Positions 1 through 9,175 of a DNA stretch of 64,000 nucleotides are shown one piece after another. The DNA lies in NCBI GenBank assembly GCA_003142035.1, contig PLOF01000107.1, positions 31,013 through 95,012 of the forward strand. Reading direction: 5' to 3'. The position numbers and the translations under genes are program-made. Below the pieces are notes generated by a model. It saw nothing but the letters and a program-made list of their open reading frames with translations. It had not been told where the DNA came from and made no database searches. Numbering within the stretch: position 1 is the stretch's first letter; each line of letters starts with the position of its first letter. Origin of the DNA: Candidatus Dormiibacterota bacterium (GTDB taxonomy: Bacteria > Chloroflexota > Dormibacteria > Aeolococcales > Aeolococcaceae).

Positions 1-91
1 ACGCGGCCGAGTTCTCTGCGGTCCGCCACCGATGGGAGCGGAGAACCGCTTCCTCGTGCCCGTGGGTGTAGGTGTCGGTGGCCTGGCTCAT
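1..91 (-). CDS. class I SAM-dependent methyltransferase, N-terminal fragment (gene runs off window start)
   Basis: Minus-strand ATG at 91..89 reads MSQATDTYTHGHEEAVLRSHRWRTAENSAA. This matches the TYTHGH..VLRSH..RTAENSAA N-terminus typical of actinobacterial SAM methyltransferases. Truncated by the window edge. Confidence 0.45.
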   Translation of the reverse strand, partial: MSQATDTYTHGHEEAVLRSHRWRTAENSAA

Positions 92-164
92 CCGCCACGC
101 GATCATCTCAGACGGGGTCCGGGACACCCAGTTCGGCACGGTGGGCCCGGCTTCGGGGGAATCG

Positions 165-2267
165 TCAGCCGTCCCGCAGCACCCCGATCACCGCTTCCCC
201 GTAGCGCGACGCCTTCGCCGGACCCACACCACGCACCTGGAGGAACTCGGCCACCGAACCCGGGTCCCGGTCCGCGATCTCCCGGAGGGTCCTGTCGTCG
301 AAGATCGTGAACGCGGCGCGCGCCTCAGCCCTTGCCAACCCCAGCCGCCAGCGCCTCAGGCGCTCGAAGCGCAGCTGCCCGGCCGTGTCCAGGTCGTCAG
401 GCGTCGCGGTGATGGTCGCAGCGACCGCGGGCGTGGATCCGTGCCGGCGCCCCGCGGCGTGGCGTGGTGAGGCCGGCCTCTCGGGGCGGTCGGCGCGCGG
501 CGATCCGGGAACGAACACCGTCACCTCCCGCTCCCCGCTCAGCACCGCCCGGCCGTCCGGCGCCAGCCCGAGCGTCGGGCGCTCCCCGTGGCCGCGGAGG
601 ACCAGCTCCCGTTCCACCAGCTCGACGAGCAGATCCCGGACCGCCGCCTCCTCCCAGCCGGCCAGGGCGCCGAAGAAGTCCAGCTCCCGCACCCAGGGGC
701 GCTCCCTGTTCCAGGACGAATCGGCGCCGCGGAGCATGGCGGCAAGCCGGGTGCCCCCGAGATGGCCGTCGAACCTGGCGACGGCCTGGAGCGCCGCCCG
801 CAGCGCGGTCTCGGGGACGGGCCGGTCGGCGGGACGCGGGGAGAGGCAGTTGTCGCAGGCGGGGCAGCTGCGCGGCACCCCCTGCTCGCCGAAGTAGTCG
901 GCGATGCGGGCGTGGCGGCACTCGCGCGAGGTGGCGTACGCCATCATCTGGTCAAGCCGGGCCAGGGCCGCCTCCTTGAGGCGCCGGCGTTCCTCGAAGT
1001 CGGCAGGTGCTCCATTGAGACGGCGCACCCCTCCGCCGGGGAGCAGGGCGCCCGCGTTCTCGAGCAGTCGCACCGATGCCTCCACGGCCCGGCGGTCGAG
1101 GCTCGGGACGAGCTCATCCGGCTCCCCCAGGTCCCACCGACCGGCCCGGAGAAGCGCCCGGTAGACCTCGCGCACCACCTCCCTCTCCGGGTACGACTGC
1201 TCGATGAACAGCTCCTGGAGGCCGCGGTCAGCGGGGTTGTAGAGGAGCAGGCAGCGGGCGGGCAGGCCATCCCGCCCGGCGCGACCCGCCGCCTGGTGGT
1301 AGTCCTCCAGGCATGCGGGGAAGTCACGGTGGATGACCTGGCGGATATCGGGGATGTCCACCCCCATCCCGAAGGCGGAGGTTGCCACCACCACCCGGAG
1401 CCTGCCCTCGGTGAACGCCGTCTGGACCTGGCTCCGCACCGGGCCGTCCAGCCCGCCGTGGTAGGCGGCGGCGGCGATCCCGTCCGCCCGGAGCGCCTCC
1501 GCCGTCTCCTCGCAGTCCCGGATCCGGCCGCAGTAGACGAGGGCCCTCCCCGGTACCTCGGCGAGGGCCCGCACCACCGCGCGCAGTTTATCGGCACCCT
1601 GGCGGCACCGCTGAACCTCGAGGGTGAGCCCAATGCGGACAAAGCCGGTCACCACGGTGAAGGGCCTCCGCAGCGCCAGGCTCCTGCTGATGTCCTCGCG
1701 TACCTGGGGTGTGGCGGTGGCGGTGACCGCGGTCACCGGAGGCCGCCCGCAGGCGGTCACCGCGGCGCCCAGGCGGCGGTATTCCTGGCGGAAGTCGTTT
1801 CCCCAGCCAGAGATGCAGTGGGCCTCATCGACGACGAAGCGGGCGATCCCGAGCTCGGCGAGGCGCTCCTCGAAGCGCGGGGTCGCCAGGCGCTCGGGAG
1901 CGAGGTAGAGGAACCGCAGCCGGCCGCTGAGCGCTGCCGCGAGCGCCTCACGCTGCTCCCCGGCCTCCTGCTGGGAATGGATCGCGGCCGCGGCCACGCC
2001 GGCCCGCCGGAGGCGGACGACCTGGTCGGTCATCAGGGCGATCAGGGGGGATACCACCAGGGTCAGACCGGCTGAGGCGAGTGCTGGGACCCAGTAGGCG
2101 ACGCTCTTGCCAGAGCCGGTGGGAGCGACGAAGAGGACGTCCCGGCCGGCCTCGGCGGCCCCGATGACCGCGGCCTGACCGGGGCGCAACTCAGGGAGCC
2201 CAAAGACGTCGCGGGCCACTCCGAGGGCGGCCGCGCTCGGCGCCGGCTCCACCTCCTCTCTGGTCAC
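165..2267 (-). CDS. recQ: ATP-dependent DNA helicase RecQ
   Basis: 700 aa with Walker A APTGSGKS and DEAH-like VVDEAHCISGWGNDFR. Has the RecQ Zn/WH region and C-terminal HRDC. The motif HRDFPACLEDYHQAAGRAGRDG is present. Confidence 0.9.
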   Translation of the reverse strand: MTREEVEPAPSAAALGVARDVFGLPELRPGQAAVIGAAEAGRDVLFVAPTGSGKSVAYWVPALASAGLTLVVSPLIALMTDQVVRLRRAGVAAAAIHSQQEAGEQREALAAALSGRLRFLYLAPERLATPRFEERLAELGIARFVVDEAHCISGWGNDFRQEYRRLGAAVTACGRPPVTAVTATATPQVREDISRSLALRRPFTVVTGFVRIGLTLEVQRCRQGADKLRAVVRALAEVPGRALVYCGRIRDCEETAEALRADGIAAAAYHGGLDGPVRSQVQTAFTEGRLRVVVATSAFGMGVDIPDIRQVIHRDFPACLEDYHQAAGRAGRDGLPARCLLLYNPADRGLQELFIEQSYPEREVVREVYRALLRAGRWDLGEPDELVPSLDRRAVEASVRLLENAGALLPGGGVRRLNGAPADFEERRRLKEAALARLDQMMAYATSRECRHARIADYFGEQGVPRSCPACDNCLSPRPADRPVPETALRAALQAVARFDGHLGGTRLAAMLRGADSSWNRERPWVRELDFFGALAGWEEAAVRDLLVELVERELVLRGHGERPTLGLAPDGRAVLSGEREVTVFVPGSPRADRPERPASPRHAAGRRHGSTPAVAATITATPDDLDTAGQLRFERLRRWRLGLARAEARAAFTIFDDRTLREIADRDPGSVAEFLQVRGVGPAKASRYGEAVIGVLRDG

Positions 2268-2285
2268 CTTCTCCGTCTCACCCGC

Positions 2286-3270
2286 TCAGCCGAGGCGGCC
2301 GGAGATGGCCAGCTCGGCGATGACGTAGCCGAGCCAGGGGAGAGCGGCTACCAGCAGCCAGCCGCCGTGAGCCAGGCCGCCGCGGAGCAGGCCGAGCAGG
2401 TAGAGGCCGGTCGCAAAGGCGCACGCGGCGCTCAGCAGCCCGGCGGCGCCCAGCTGCCAGGTGGTGAAGCTGATGCCGACAAAGCCGAGGATGCAGGCCT
2501 GGAAGGCCGCCGCCCCGGCCACGTTGCCGATGGCCAGGCCGTCATCGCCGCTCCGGATCCAGAGCACGCTGTTGAGGCACTCGGGAAGCTCGGTGGCGAA
2601 GGGGACGGCGACGACCGCCACCAGCAGTGCGCTGAGCCCCAGGCTGGTGGCCGCCGTGTGGATGGCGTCGACGAAGAGTCCAGACCCCACCGCCAGCAGG
2701 ATCGCCCCGGTCAGGAGTTGGGCCGCCACCACCGCCCAGGGCGGCGGGCCCGCCCGCCACCGGATGAAGTGAAGCGGATCGGGCGCACCCCTGCCGGCTT
2801 TCCGCTCGCCCAGGGTGGCGCGCGCATAGCCGGCGTAGAGGAGCAGGAGGAGCACTCCGACCACCACCCGCTCCGGCCGCGAGAGCAGGGTCGCGGCCAC
2901 CGCGCAGCCGAAGGCGCTCAGGAACACCCCGAGGTCGCGCCGGACCTGGGCCGGCTCGGCCTGGAGATGGCGGGCGCCGGGTCGGGTCAGAACGGCCGCC
3001 CCGGTGATCGCCCCCCCGAGGGTGAGGAGTAGAAACGAGGACCCGAGCACGGCGCCGGTGGCGATCTGGCCGGAGTCCGAGGCGCCACCGACCAGGGCGA
3101 CCACCACGACCATGGTCTCGGGGAGCGCGGTCCCCAGAGCCGCGAGCAGGCTGCCGGTCGCCCCGGACCCGAGGTGGAGGAGGTGGCCGGCCCATTCGAC
3201 CGCATTGGTGAACAGCTCCGACGCCGCGGCGATCAGCACCAGGGCGCCCAGGAAGAGGAGGGCGGTCACG
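2286..3270 (-). CDS. CaCA-family cation/Ca2+ antiporter (YrbG-like)
   Basis: Polytopic membrane protein with alpha-repeat motif GTALPET and GNVAGAAAF. The longest ORF extends to 3419 but that overlaps the upstream NUDIX gene by about 150 nt. A GTG at 3270 starts directly at TM1 (VTALLFLGALVLI) and abuts the NUDIX stop. Confidence 0.7.
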
Positions 3271-3769
3271 GCCGCCGCCGTCGCGTCAGGGCGTCCACCG
3301 GGGTCTGGAGCCAGCTGGTCCCGAAGTTCATCACGTGGCGCATGGTCACCGGCTGGACGCGATGGACGGGTGGCGCCCCCTGGCTGCACGCCACCGCGTC
3401 GCGGATCCGCTCCCGGCACCAGGGGAAGGTCGTTCGCGGCAGCTCGTCGGGGGAGAAGAGGCGGGACGACCAGGCCTCGATGCTCCGCCGGGCCCGGCCC
3501 CCCGTGATCTCGCCCAGGAAGACGGCGTCTCCGGCGCTGCGCAGCCCCTCCCAGGTGTAGACGCCGACCAGGCCCAGCACCCGCACGGAGTGGCCGGTCT
3601 CCTCCTCGGCCTCGCGCCTCGCGGTGACGCCCGGGTCCTCGCCGGGTTCGCAGTGTCCGCCGGGCAGCTCCCAGCCGGGCGGCCAGGGACGGAACTGCAG
3701 CAGCACCCTACCCCCTTGGAGGATGACGAGCTGGGCACCGCCCACCGGCCGGGACTCGCCGTCCACCAT
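3266..3769 (-). CDS. NUDIX hydrolase
   Basis: Contains the Nudix box GGHCEPGEDPGVTARREAEEETG (GX5EX7REUXEEXGU). ATG at 3769..3767 gives about 167 aa. The ORF is open upstream to 4183, so a longer N-terminus is possible. Confidence 0.75.
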   Translation of the reverse strand: MVDGESRPVGGAQLVILQGGRVLLQFRPWPPGWELPGGHCEPGEDPGVTARREAEEETGHSVRVLGLVGVYTWEGLRSAGDAVFLGEITGGRARRSIEAWSSRLFSPDELPRTTFPWCRERIRDAVACSQGAPPVHRVQPVTMRHVMNFGTSWLQTPVDALTRRRRP

Positions 3770-3947
3770 GAGGGTCGCGAGCGGATGAAGCGGGGGCCGG
3801 TCGCGGAAGAGGCTCCGAGCCAGGCGGGTGCTGAACGGTTCGCGCCGGCTCACCGGGCCGCCGGCGCCCCGCTCGGATGGGCACCCCTCACCGGGGTGCC
3901 CGGTGCCCCCACTGCATCGTCTCCTCGATGCGGGCGTCCCGCGCGCC

Positions 3948-4187
3948 TCAATCGACGATGACGCGGCGGGGTCGTCTGGACCGGACCTGGGTCGTGGGGA
4001 CGCGGCGTCCCCGGGAGCTGGTACTCGCCGGCGGGTTGCCGTGCTCGAGCAGGGCGGTGATGCCGAGCACCACCTCGCGCTGAGCGTTGAGGAAGTGCGA
4101 TACCGCCTCCGGGGGCACCAGCTTGCCCAACTGACGGCCGGCCTCCTCGAGGACCCAGAGCGGGATCGGGTTGGGGCTGTCACTCAT
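3948..4187 (-). CDS. small hypothetical protein (79 aa) co-transcribed with the ArsA-like ATPase
   Basis: Starts 25 nt after the arsA-like stop and is preceded by GGAGGA with a 9-nt spacer. Good third-position GC bias. No recognisable domain. Confidence 0.5.
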   Translation of the reverse strand: MSDSPNPIPLWVLEEAGRQLGKLVPPEAVSHFLNAQREVVLGITALLEHGNPPASTSSRGRRVPTTQVRSRRPRRVIVD

Positions 4188-4215
4188 CTTCTCGATTCCT
4201 CCGAAGGCACGACGC

Positions 4216-5388
4216 TCATTGCTTGCTGTCCGTGAACGTGACTCGCAGCAGGCCGCCGTCGAGCCTTGCCCTGCTCACCTGCTTGCCATTGAGGATGCGG
4301 GGCAGGGAGATCTCCCGCTTGTAAGCACCCACGGTGACGTAAAGCTCTCCCTCGTTGTGGCGGACGTCCACCTCCTCTTTGGAGACGAAGGGGAGCTGGA
4401 GCTGCAGCTCGTAGTGCCCCTCCACCCGGCGCAACCGCTGCGGCACGGTGTGGTAGTAGACACGGGATGGGTCCTCGTCGCCGAAGACCGCGCCGGCCAG
4501 CTCCCGCAGACCCTCGAGCCCGACGATCTCGTGGTCGAAGAGCTTGGACCGGCGGATCGGGATGGGATCGAAGAGCGACTCCACGGACTCGTTGTACCGG
4601 TCCTGGATCTTGCGCCAGGAGGCGAAGTAGCTATCGGTCACCTCCGGCGGCAGCACCCTGTTCACCACCACCAGGTCGGTGAGGTAGTCATACAGGCTGA
4701 GGTAGGTGAAAGCTCGCTGGGCCTCCTTGAGGACCATCTTCTCGAGGTTCAGGACCAGGCGCACCGTGCAGGTCTTGGGGTCGCCCAGGATGCTCTTCAT
4801 CCCCTCCAGGTCGAGCAGCAGCCGCTTGATATGACCGAATATCTCGTCCGGGGGAAGCGGGATGGAGACGAAGGGCTGCACCACCGGCCGGGCCACCTTC
4901 ATCACCGCCCGGGAGGCCGGGAAGAGCCGCTGCAAGTACCAGCGGGCCACGTCCGGGAAGGCGAGCAGCTGGAGCGTCTCGCCGGTCGGGGCGCAGTCGA
5001 CGATCAGGGTGTCGTACTTGCCCTCGGCCTTGTGCTGGCGGATCTGCATCAGGGAGGCGATCTCCTCCATCCCCGGCGGCGAAGCCAGCTCCTCGGCCAC
5101 GATGTCGTCGACGCCCTGGGAGGAGAAGAGCGAGCTGAGGTAGATGCGGATCCGGTCCCAGTGGCTCTCCAGCTGGTGGAGTGGGTTGACCTCCTGGGCC
5201 CAGAGGTTGGCGGCGACCTTCTTGGGATCCTCGCCGAGCGGGAAGTCCAGCGAGTCTCCGAGGCTGTGGGCGGCATCGGTGCTGATGACCAGGGTCCGCT
5301 GTCCGAGTTGGGCGCAGCGCACCGCGGTGGCGGCGGCGACGGTCGTCTTGCCGACCCCGCCCTTTCCCGTATAGAGGATCACACGCAT
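4216..5388 (-). CDS. ArsA/Get3-family ATPase with C-terminal HSP20-like domain
   Basis: N-terminal deviant Walker A YTGKGGVGKTTVAAATA. 390 aa, single ATPase domain. The C-terminal about 90 aa (ELYVTVGAYKREISLP...LLRVTF) looks like an alpha-crystallin/ArsA_HSP20 fold. Confidence 0.8.
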   Translation of the reverse strand: MRVILYTGKGGVGKTTVAAATAVRCAQLGQRTLVISTDAAHSLGDSLDFPLGEDPKKVAANLWAQEVNPLHQLESHWDRIRIYLSSLFSSQGVDDIVAEELASPPGMEEIASLMQIRQHKAEGKYDTLIVDCAPTGETLQLLAFPDVARWYLQRLFPASRAVMKVARPVVQPFVSIPLPPDEIFGHIKRLLLDLEGMKSILGDPKTCTVRLVLNLEKMVLKEAQRAFTYLSLYDYLTDLVVVNRVLPPEVTDSYFASWRKIQDRYNESVESLFDPIPIRRSKLFDHEIVGLEGLRELAGAVFGDEDPSRVYYHTVPQRLRRVEGHYELQLQLPFVSKEEVDVRHNEGELYVTVGAYKREISLPRILNGKQVSRARLDGGLLRVTFTDSKQ

Positions 5389-5406
5389 CGGCGCAGCCCC
5401 CCGACC

Positions 5407-5865
5407 TCAGTCGATTTTGCTGACGATGGCCCAGGCGATCAGGATGAGGATCACCATGATGCTGGCGATCACGGCAATCCGGCGGAGGTCGGACGGGACG
5501 TAGGGGACGCGATCGAAGGGGATCGCCGGATCGTCGGTGTCCAGGGGCTCGACCAGCGCCGCCGCGGTCCCGAAGCGCGCGCTCTTGGCGGAGGCGCGCT
5601 GCTGCCGGCTCGCGGCGATGCTCGACGCGGACGCGGGGGTGACCCGCTCAACGCGGCGTCGGGTGGGCTCCGTCAGGCTCCCGGCGCTCGCCGCGACCGG
5701 AGCAGCTCTGGGTGGGCTCACCTCGACGACATCGGCCGCGACCGTCCGGCTCACATCGCCGCCGAGCGGCGCGGACACGGGGCCCGTCACCGGACGCACC
5801 GGTGCCACACCGACCGGGCGGCGGGTGGCGGTGCGCTGCTTCTGCTTCCTGGTCTTCTTGGCCAT
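5407..5865 (-). CDS. tail-anchored membrane protein (basic disordered N-terminus, single C-terminal TM)
   Basis: From ATG at 5865: MAKKTRKQKQRTATRR..., an Ala/Pro/Ser-rich low-complexity middle, then C-terminal IAVIASIMVILILIAWAIVSKID. The longer ORF to 5979 adds an improbable N-terminus that overlaps the divergent EamA start. Confidence 0.5.
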   Translation of the reverse strand: MAKKTRKQKQRTATRRPVGVAPVRPVTGPVSAPLGGDVSRTVAADVVEVSPPRAAPVAASAGSLTEPTRRRVERVTPASASSIAASRQQRASAKSARFGTAAALVEPLDTDDPAIPFDRVPYVPSDLRRIAVIASIMVILILIAWAIVSKID

Positions 5866-5971
5866 GTTCAGCCGCGAAGCGTAACAGGGGCGACGGAGCC
5901 CCTGGCACCTGCAACGGGCGACGGACCGACGCCCCGGCCGAACCTGGCGCCTTTGGTACTCTCGATCGGAG

Positions 5972-7009
5972 ATGACCACCCAGGCACATCCGGCACAGCG
6001 GGCGGGGCTGATAGACCGCTACTCGGCCCTCTTCATCACCCTGGCGGCGGCCCTCTGGGCGGCGGACGCCTACTTCAGACCCGAGCTCGTCAACCAGTGG
6101 AAGCTCTCCGCGAGCCAGATCGTCCTGGTCGAGGACCTGCTCATCAGCCTCTGCTTCATCCCGGTCATGCGGCGCGTGGTGCGGGAGCTGCGTACCGCCG
6201 CGTGGCGGACCTGGCTGGCCCTGGCCGTCATCGCCGCCGGCCCCCAGGCCATCGCCACCGTCCTCTTCACCCGTTCTCTCACCTACGCCTTCGCCCCCTC
6301 CCTCAGCCACGCCGCCAGCCTCGGGGTGCAGTCCGAGGTCTACCTCCTCTACCTCCTCCAGCCGGTCTTCGGGGCGACCCTCGCCTGGATCGTTCTCCGC
6401 GAGCGCCGGCGGCCCGCCTTCTGGCCCATCGCCGCCGCGGCCCTGGCCGGCGCGGCGCTCATCGTCTTCTCCCAAAGCCCCACCGCCCCTCAGGCTCAGC
6501 TCCAGGCCGCCCTCTTCGTTGTCGGAGCCGTGGCCCTCTGGGCGTTGGGGACGGTGCTCGGCCGCTACACCCTCTCCGGGATCTCCTTCGCCAGCACCTC
6601 GGCGATGCGCTTCGTCCTTGCCCTGCCGGTGCTCCTCATCCTCATGCTCACCGATCGCGGTGTCGCCGGCTTCTCCCAGTATTCGATCGGCCAGCTCCCG
6701 AGCTTCCTCGGCATCGCCCTGATCCCGGGCCTCATCGCCATGGTTCTCTACTACCGCGCCCTCTCCAGCACTCCCGCCTCGATCTCGAGCTTCGCCGAGT
6801 TGGGTTACCCGGCCGCCCTCTTCCTCATCTTCTCGCTCCCCACCCCGGTCGGATTCGGGTCACCCCTGAAGCCGCTCGAGATCGCCGGCGCAGTGCTGCT
6901 GGTCGCCGCCGTGACCTCCCTCAACTTCCTCAAGCGCCAGGAGGTGGTGAGGACGGAGCGGCCGTCCGAGTTCCGCCCGGCCTCCGAGGTGACCGAGCTA
7001 GCCAGCTAA
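5972..7009 (+). CDS. DMT superfamily (EamA-like) transporter
   Basis: 345 aa with about 10 predicted TM helices and duplicated EamA-type halves. Confidence 0.65.
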   Translation: MTTQAHPAQRAGLIDRYSALFITLAAALWAADAYFRPELVNQWKLSASQIVLVEDLLISLCFIPVMRRVVRELRTAAWRTWLALAVIAAGPQAIATVLFTRSLTYAFAPSLSHAASLGVQSEVYLLYLLQPVFGATLAWIVLRERRRPAFWPIAAAALAGAALIVFSQSPTAPQAQLQAALFVVGAVALWALGTVLGRYTLSGISFASTSAMRFVLALPVLLILMLTDRGVAGFSQYSIGQLPSFLGIALIPGLIAMVLYYRALSSTPASISSFAELGYPAALFLIFSLPTPVGFGSPLKPLEIAGAVLLVAAVTSLNFLKRQEVVRTERPSEFRPASEVTELAS

Positions 7010-8076
7010 TCCGCCTGGCCGGGGGTCAGGGGCTCCGCGTGGAAGCCGGCGCCCCGCAGCAGTGCGAGCGCTCGGTCGACGGAGGCCGCGTCGATGGTGA
7101 GGACCAGGGCGGCGTGGCGCGTGTCCGAGTGCTGCATGTAGAGGTCGAGGATGTTGATGTCGTGGGACCCCATCAGGGTGGTGACCTGGGCGAGCACCCG
7201 GGGCCGGTTCTCGATCGGCACGGCGAGGTCGACGTTGCGCCCGGTCTGCTCGATGAGGAACCCGCCGAGGGTCTGGTAGGCGGCGCCGGCTTCGGCGAAA
7301 TGGCGCTCGGTGGCGGGGCGGTCGTCGATGTCGCCGCCAAGCCGGCGCATGGCCTCGCTGAAGGAGCCGAGCACCTCGTGGATGGCGCCCGCGTTCTCGG
7401 CCAGGATGTCCGCCCAGAGGGTCGGATTGGCGGCACCGACACGGGTCAGGTCGCGGAAGGAGGGGCCGGCAAAGGAGAGGGCGTCGGGAGAGATGCCCGA
7501 GGTGACCTCCAGGAGCGCGACGGCCAGGAGGTGGGGGAGATGCGAGAGCGCGGCCACGAGCTGGTCGTGGCGCTCCGGGTCGACCGCCGTCGGCACCGCG
7601 CCGAGGTCGTCGCGGACAAACTGGGTGACCCGCGCGTAGGCCTCTGGGAGGGTGTCGCCCGTCGGGGTGATCAGATAGCGCGCGCCCTGAAAGAGGTCTG
7701 CGCTCGCATTGGCCACCCCGCCCAGCTGACTCCCCGCCATCGGATGGCCGCCGACGAAGCGGCGGATGCCCGCCGCGGCGGCGGCGCGGACGATCGCCGC
7801 CTTGGCACTGCCGACGTCGGTGATCAGCGCCTCGGTCGGCGCCAGCTCTGCGAGCAGGCCGGGGATCCGGGACACCGGCGCGGCCAGGACCACCATCTCG
7901 GCACCGCGCACGTCGTCCAGCCTGGCCCGGTGATCGATCGCCCCCAGCTCCAGGGCACGCTCCAGGGTGGCATCCGCATCGACGCCCGACACCTCCCACC
8001 CGGCCCGGCGCGCCGCCATGCCGATCGACCCGCCGATGAGACCGACGCCGACGATGCCAAGGGCGCGCTCAGACAT
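7006..8076 (-). CDS. tyrA: prephenate dehydrogenase with C-terminal ACT domain
   Basis: Rossmann motif LGIVGVGLIGGSIGMA followed by a dimerisation domain and a C-terminal ACT-like segment. ATG at 8076 (MSERALGIVG). It overlaps the ychF stop by 8 nt (ttcAATGTCTGA). Confidence 0.8.
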   Translation of the reverse strand: MSERALGIVGVGLIGGSIGMAARRAGWEVSGVDADATLERALELGAIDHRARLDDVRGAEMVVLAAPVSRIPGLLAELAPTEALITDVGSAKAAIVRAAAAAGIRRFVGGHPMAGSQLGGVANASADLFQGARYLITPTGDTLPEAYARVTQFVRDDLGAVPTAVDPERHDQLVAALSHLPHLLAVALLEVTSGISPDALSFAGPSFRDLTRVGAANPTLWADILAENAGAIHEVLGSFSEAMRRLGGDIDDRPATERHFAEAGAAYQTLGGFLIEQTGRNVDLAVPIENRPRVLAQVTTLMGSHDINILDLYMQHSDTRHAALVLTIDAASVDRALALLRGAGFHAEPLTPGQAD

Positions 8077-9157
8077 TGAATCGGAAGTGGACGACATCGC
8101 CGTCGCGGACGATGTAGTCCCTCCCCTCCAGCCGCTGACGACCCGACTCACGGACGGCGAGGTACGACCCGCCCTCGATCAGCTCCTCGGTCCCGACCAC
8201 CTCGGCACGGATGAAGCCGCGCGCGAAGTCGGTGTGGATGACGCCGGCGGCCTCCACCGCGGTCCCGCCACGCTGCAGCGTCCAGGCGCGCACCTCCTTC
8301 TCCCCAGCCGTGAAGAAGGTGATCAGGTCGAGGAGCCCGTAGGCATCGCGAGCCAGCCGGTTGAGGCCCGGCTCCCGCAGCCCCACGGAGGCCAGGAACT
8401 CGCGGCGGTCGGCCGCAGGAAGCTCGACGATCTCGGATTCGATCCGGGCGGAGATGGCCAGGCAATCGCCACCGTGCCGGCGGGCCAGCTCGACGACGGC
8501 GTCGGGGGGCGGCTTGCCCGCGTCGCCCTCGCCGACGTTGACCACCACGATCAGCGGGTGCGCGGTGAGCAGATAGAGCTCATGGATGTGGTCCCGCTCC
8601 TCGTCCGAGAGCGCCATGGTGCGCACCGGTTGACCGGCGTCGAGGTGATCACGGACGCGGCGCATGACCTCGAGGGCCTCCTCCGCCTTCTCCTTCTGGA
8701 GACGGGCCGTCTTCTCCCGCTTGTCGAGCCGGCGGGTCACCGTCTCCAGGTCCGCGAGCTGGAGCTCCAGCTCGATGACGTCGAGATCGCGGAGGGGATC
8801 GACGGCGCCCTCCACGTGGCTCACGTCGGGGTCCTCGAACCCCCGGGCCACGACGACGATGGCGTCGCACTCGCGGATGTGGCCGAGGAACTGGTTGCCC
8901 AGGCCCTCGCCCCGGCTCGCCCCCCTCACCAGGCCGGCGATGTCGGTGAAGGTCACCGACGCCGGGATCACCCGGGGCGGCGAGAAGATCGCCGCCAGCC
9001 GGTCCAGCCGCTCATCGGGCACCGCCACCACCCCGGTGTTGGGCTCGATGGTCGTGAACGGGTAGTTGCCCACCTGGGCCCCGGCCTGAGTCAGAGCGTT
9101 GAAGAGCGTCGACTTGCCCGCGTTGGGCAGGCCCACGATGCCGACGCTCAGTGCCAT
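8069..9157 (-). CDS. ychF: ribosome-binding ATPase YchF
   Basis: MALSVGIVGLPNAGKSTLFNALT...NYPFTTIEPNTGVV. Obg-family G domain plus C-terminal TGS-like domain. 362 aa. Confidence 0.9.
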   Translation of the reverse strand: MALSVGIVGLPNAGKSTLFNALTQAGAQVGNYPFTTIEPNTGVVAVPDERLDRLAAIFSPPRVIPASVTFTDIAGLVRGASRGEGLGNQFLGHIRECDAIVVVARGFEDPDVSHVEGAVDPLRDLDVIELELQLADLETVTRRLDKREKTARLQKEKAEEALEVMRRVRDHLDAGQPVRTMALSDEERDHIHELYLLTAHPLIVVVNVGEGDAGKPPPDAVVELARRHGGDCLAISARIESEIVELPAADRREFLASVGLREPGLNRLARDAYGLLDLITFFTAGEKEVRAWTLQRGGTAVEAAGVIHTDFARGFIRAEVVGTEELIEGGSYLAVRESGRQRLEGRDYIVRDGDVVHFRFNV

Positions 9158-9175
9158 GAGCGGTTCAGCCCCCTG

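Noticed and set aside
4171-8079. 1302-aa plus-strand ORF. Similar very long ORFs lie at 7967..10759(+), 10597..11811(+), 36129..38420(+), 39361..41508(+), 41652..44111(-) and 58333..60585(-).
   Set aside because: - All are antisense to well-supported conserved genes (arsA-like, tyrA, ychF, lysC, thrB, gyrA, gyrB, ligD, the ABC permease).
- All have Arg/Gly/Pro/Ala-rich low-complexity translations typical of stop-codon-poor shadow frames in 72% GC DNA.
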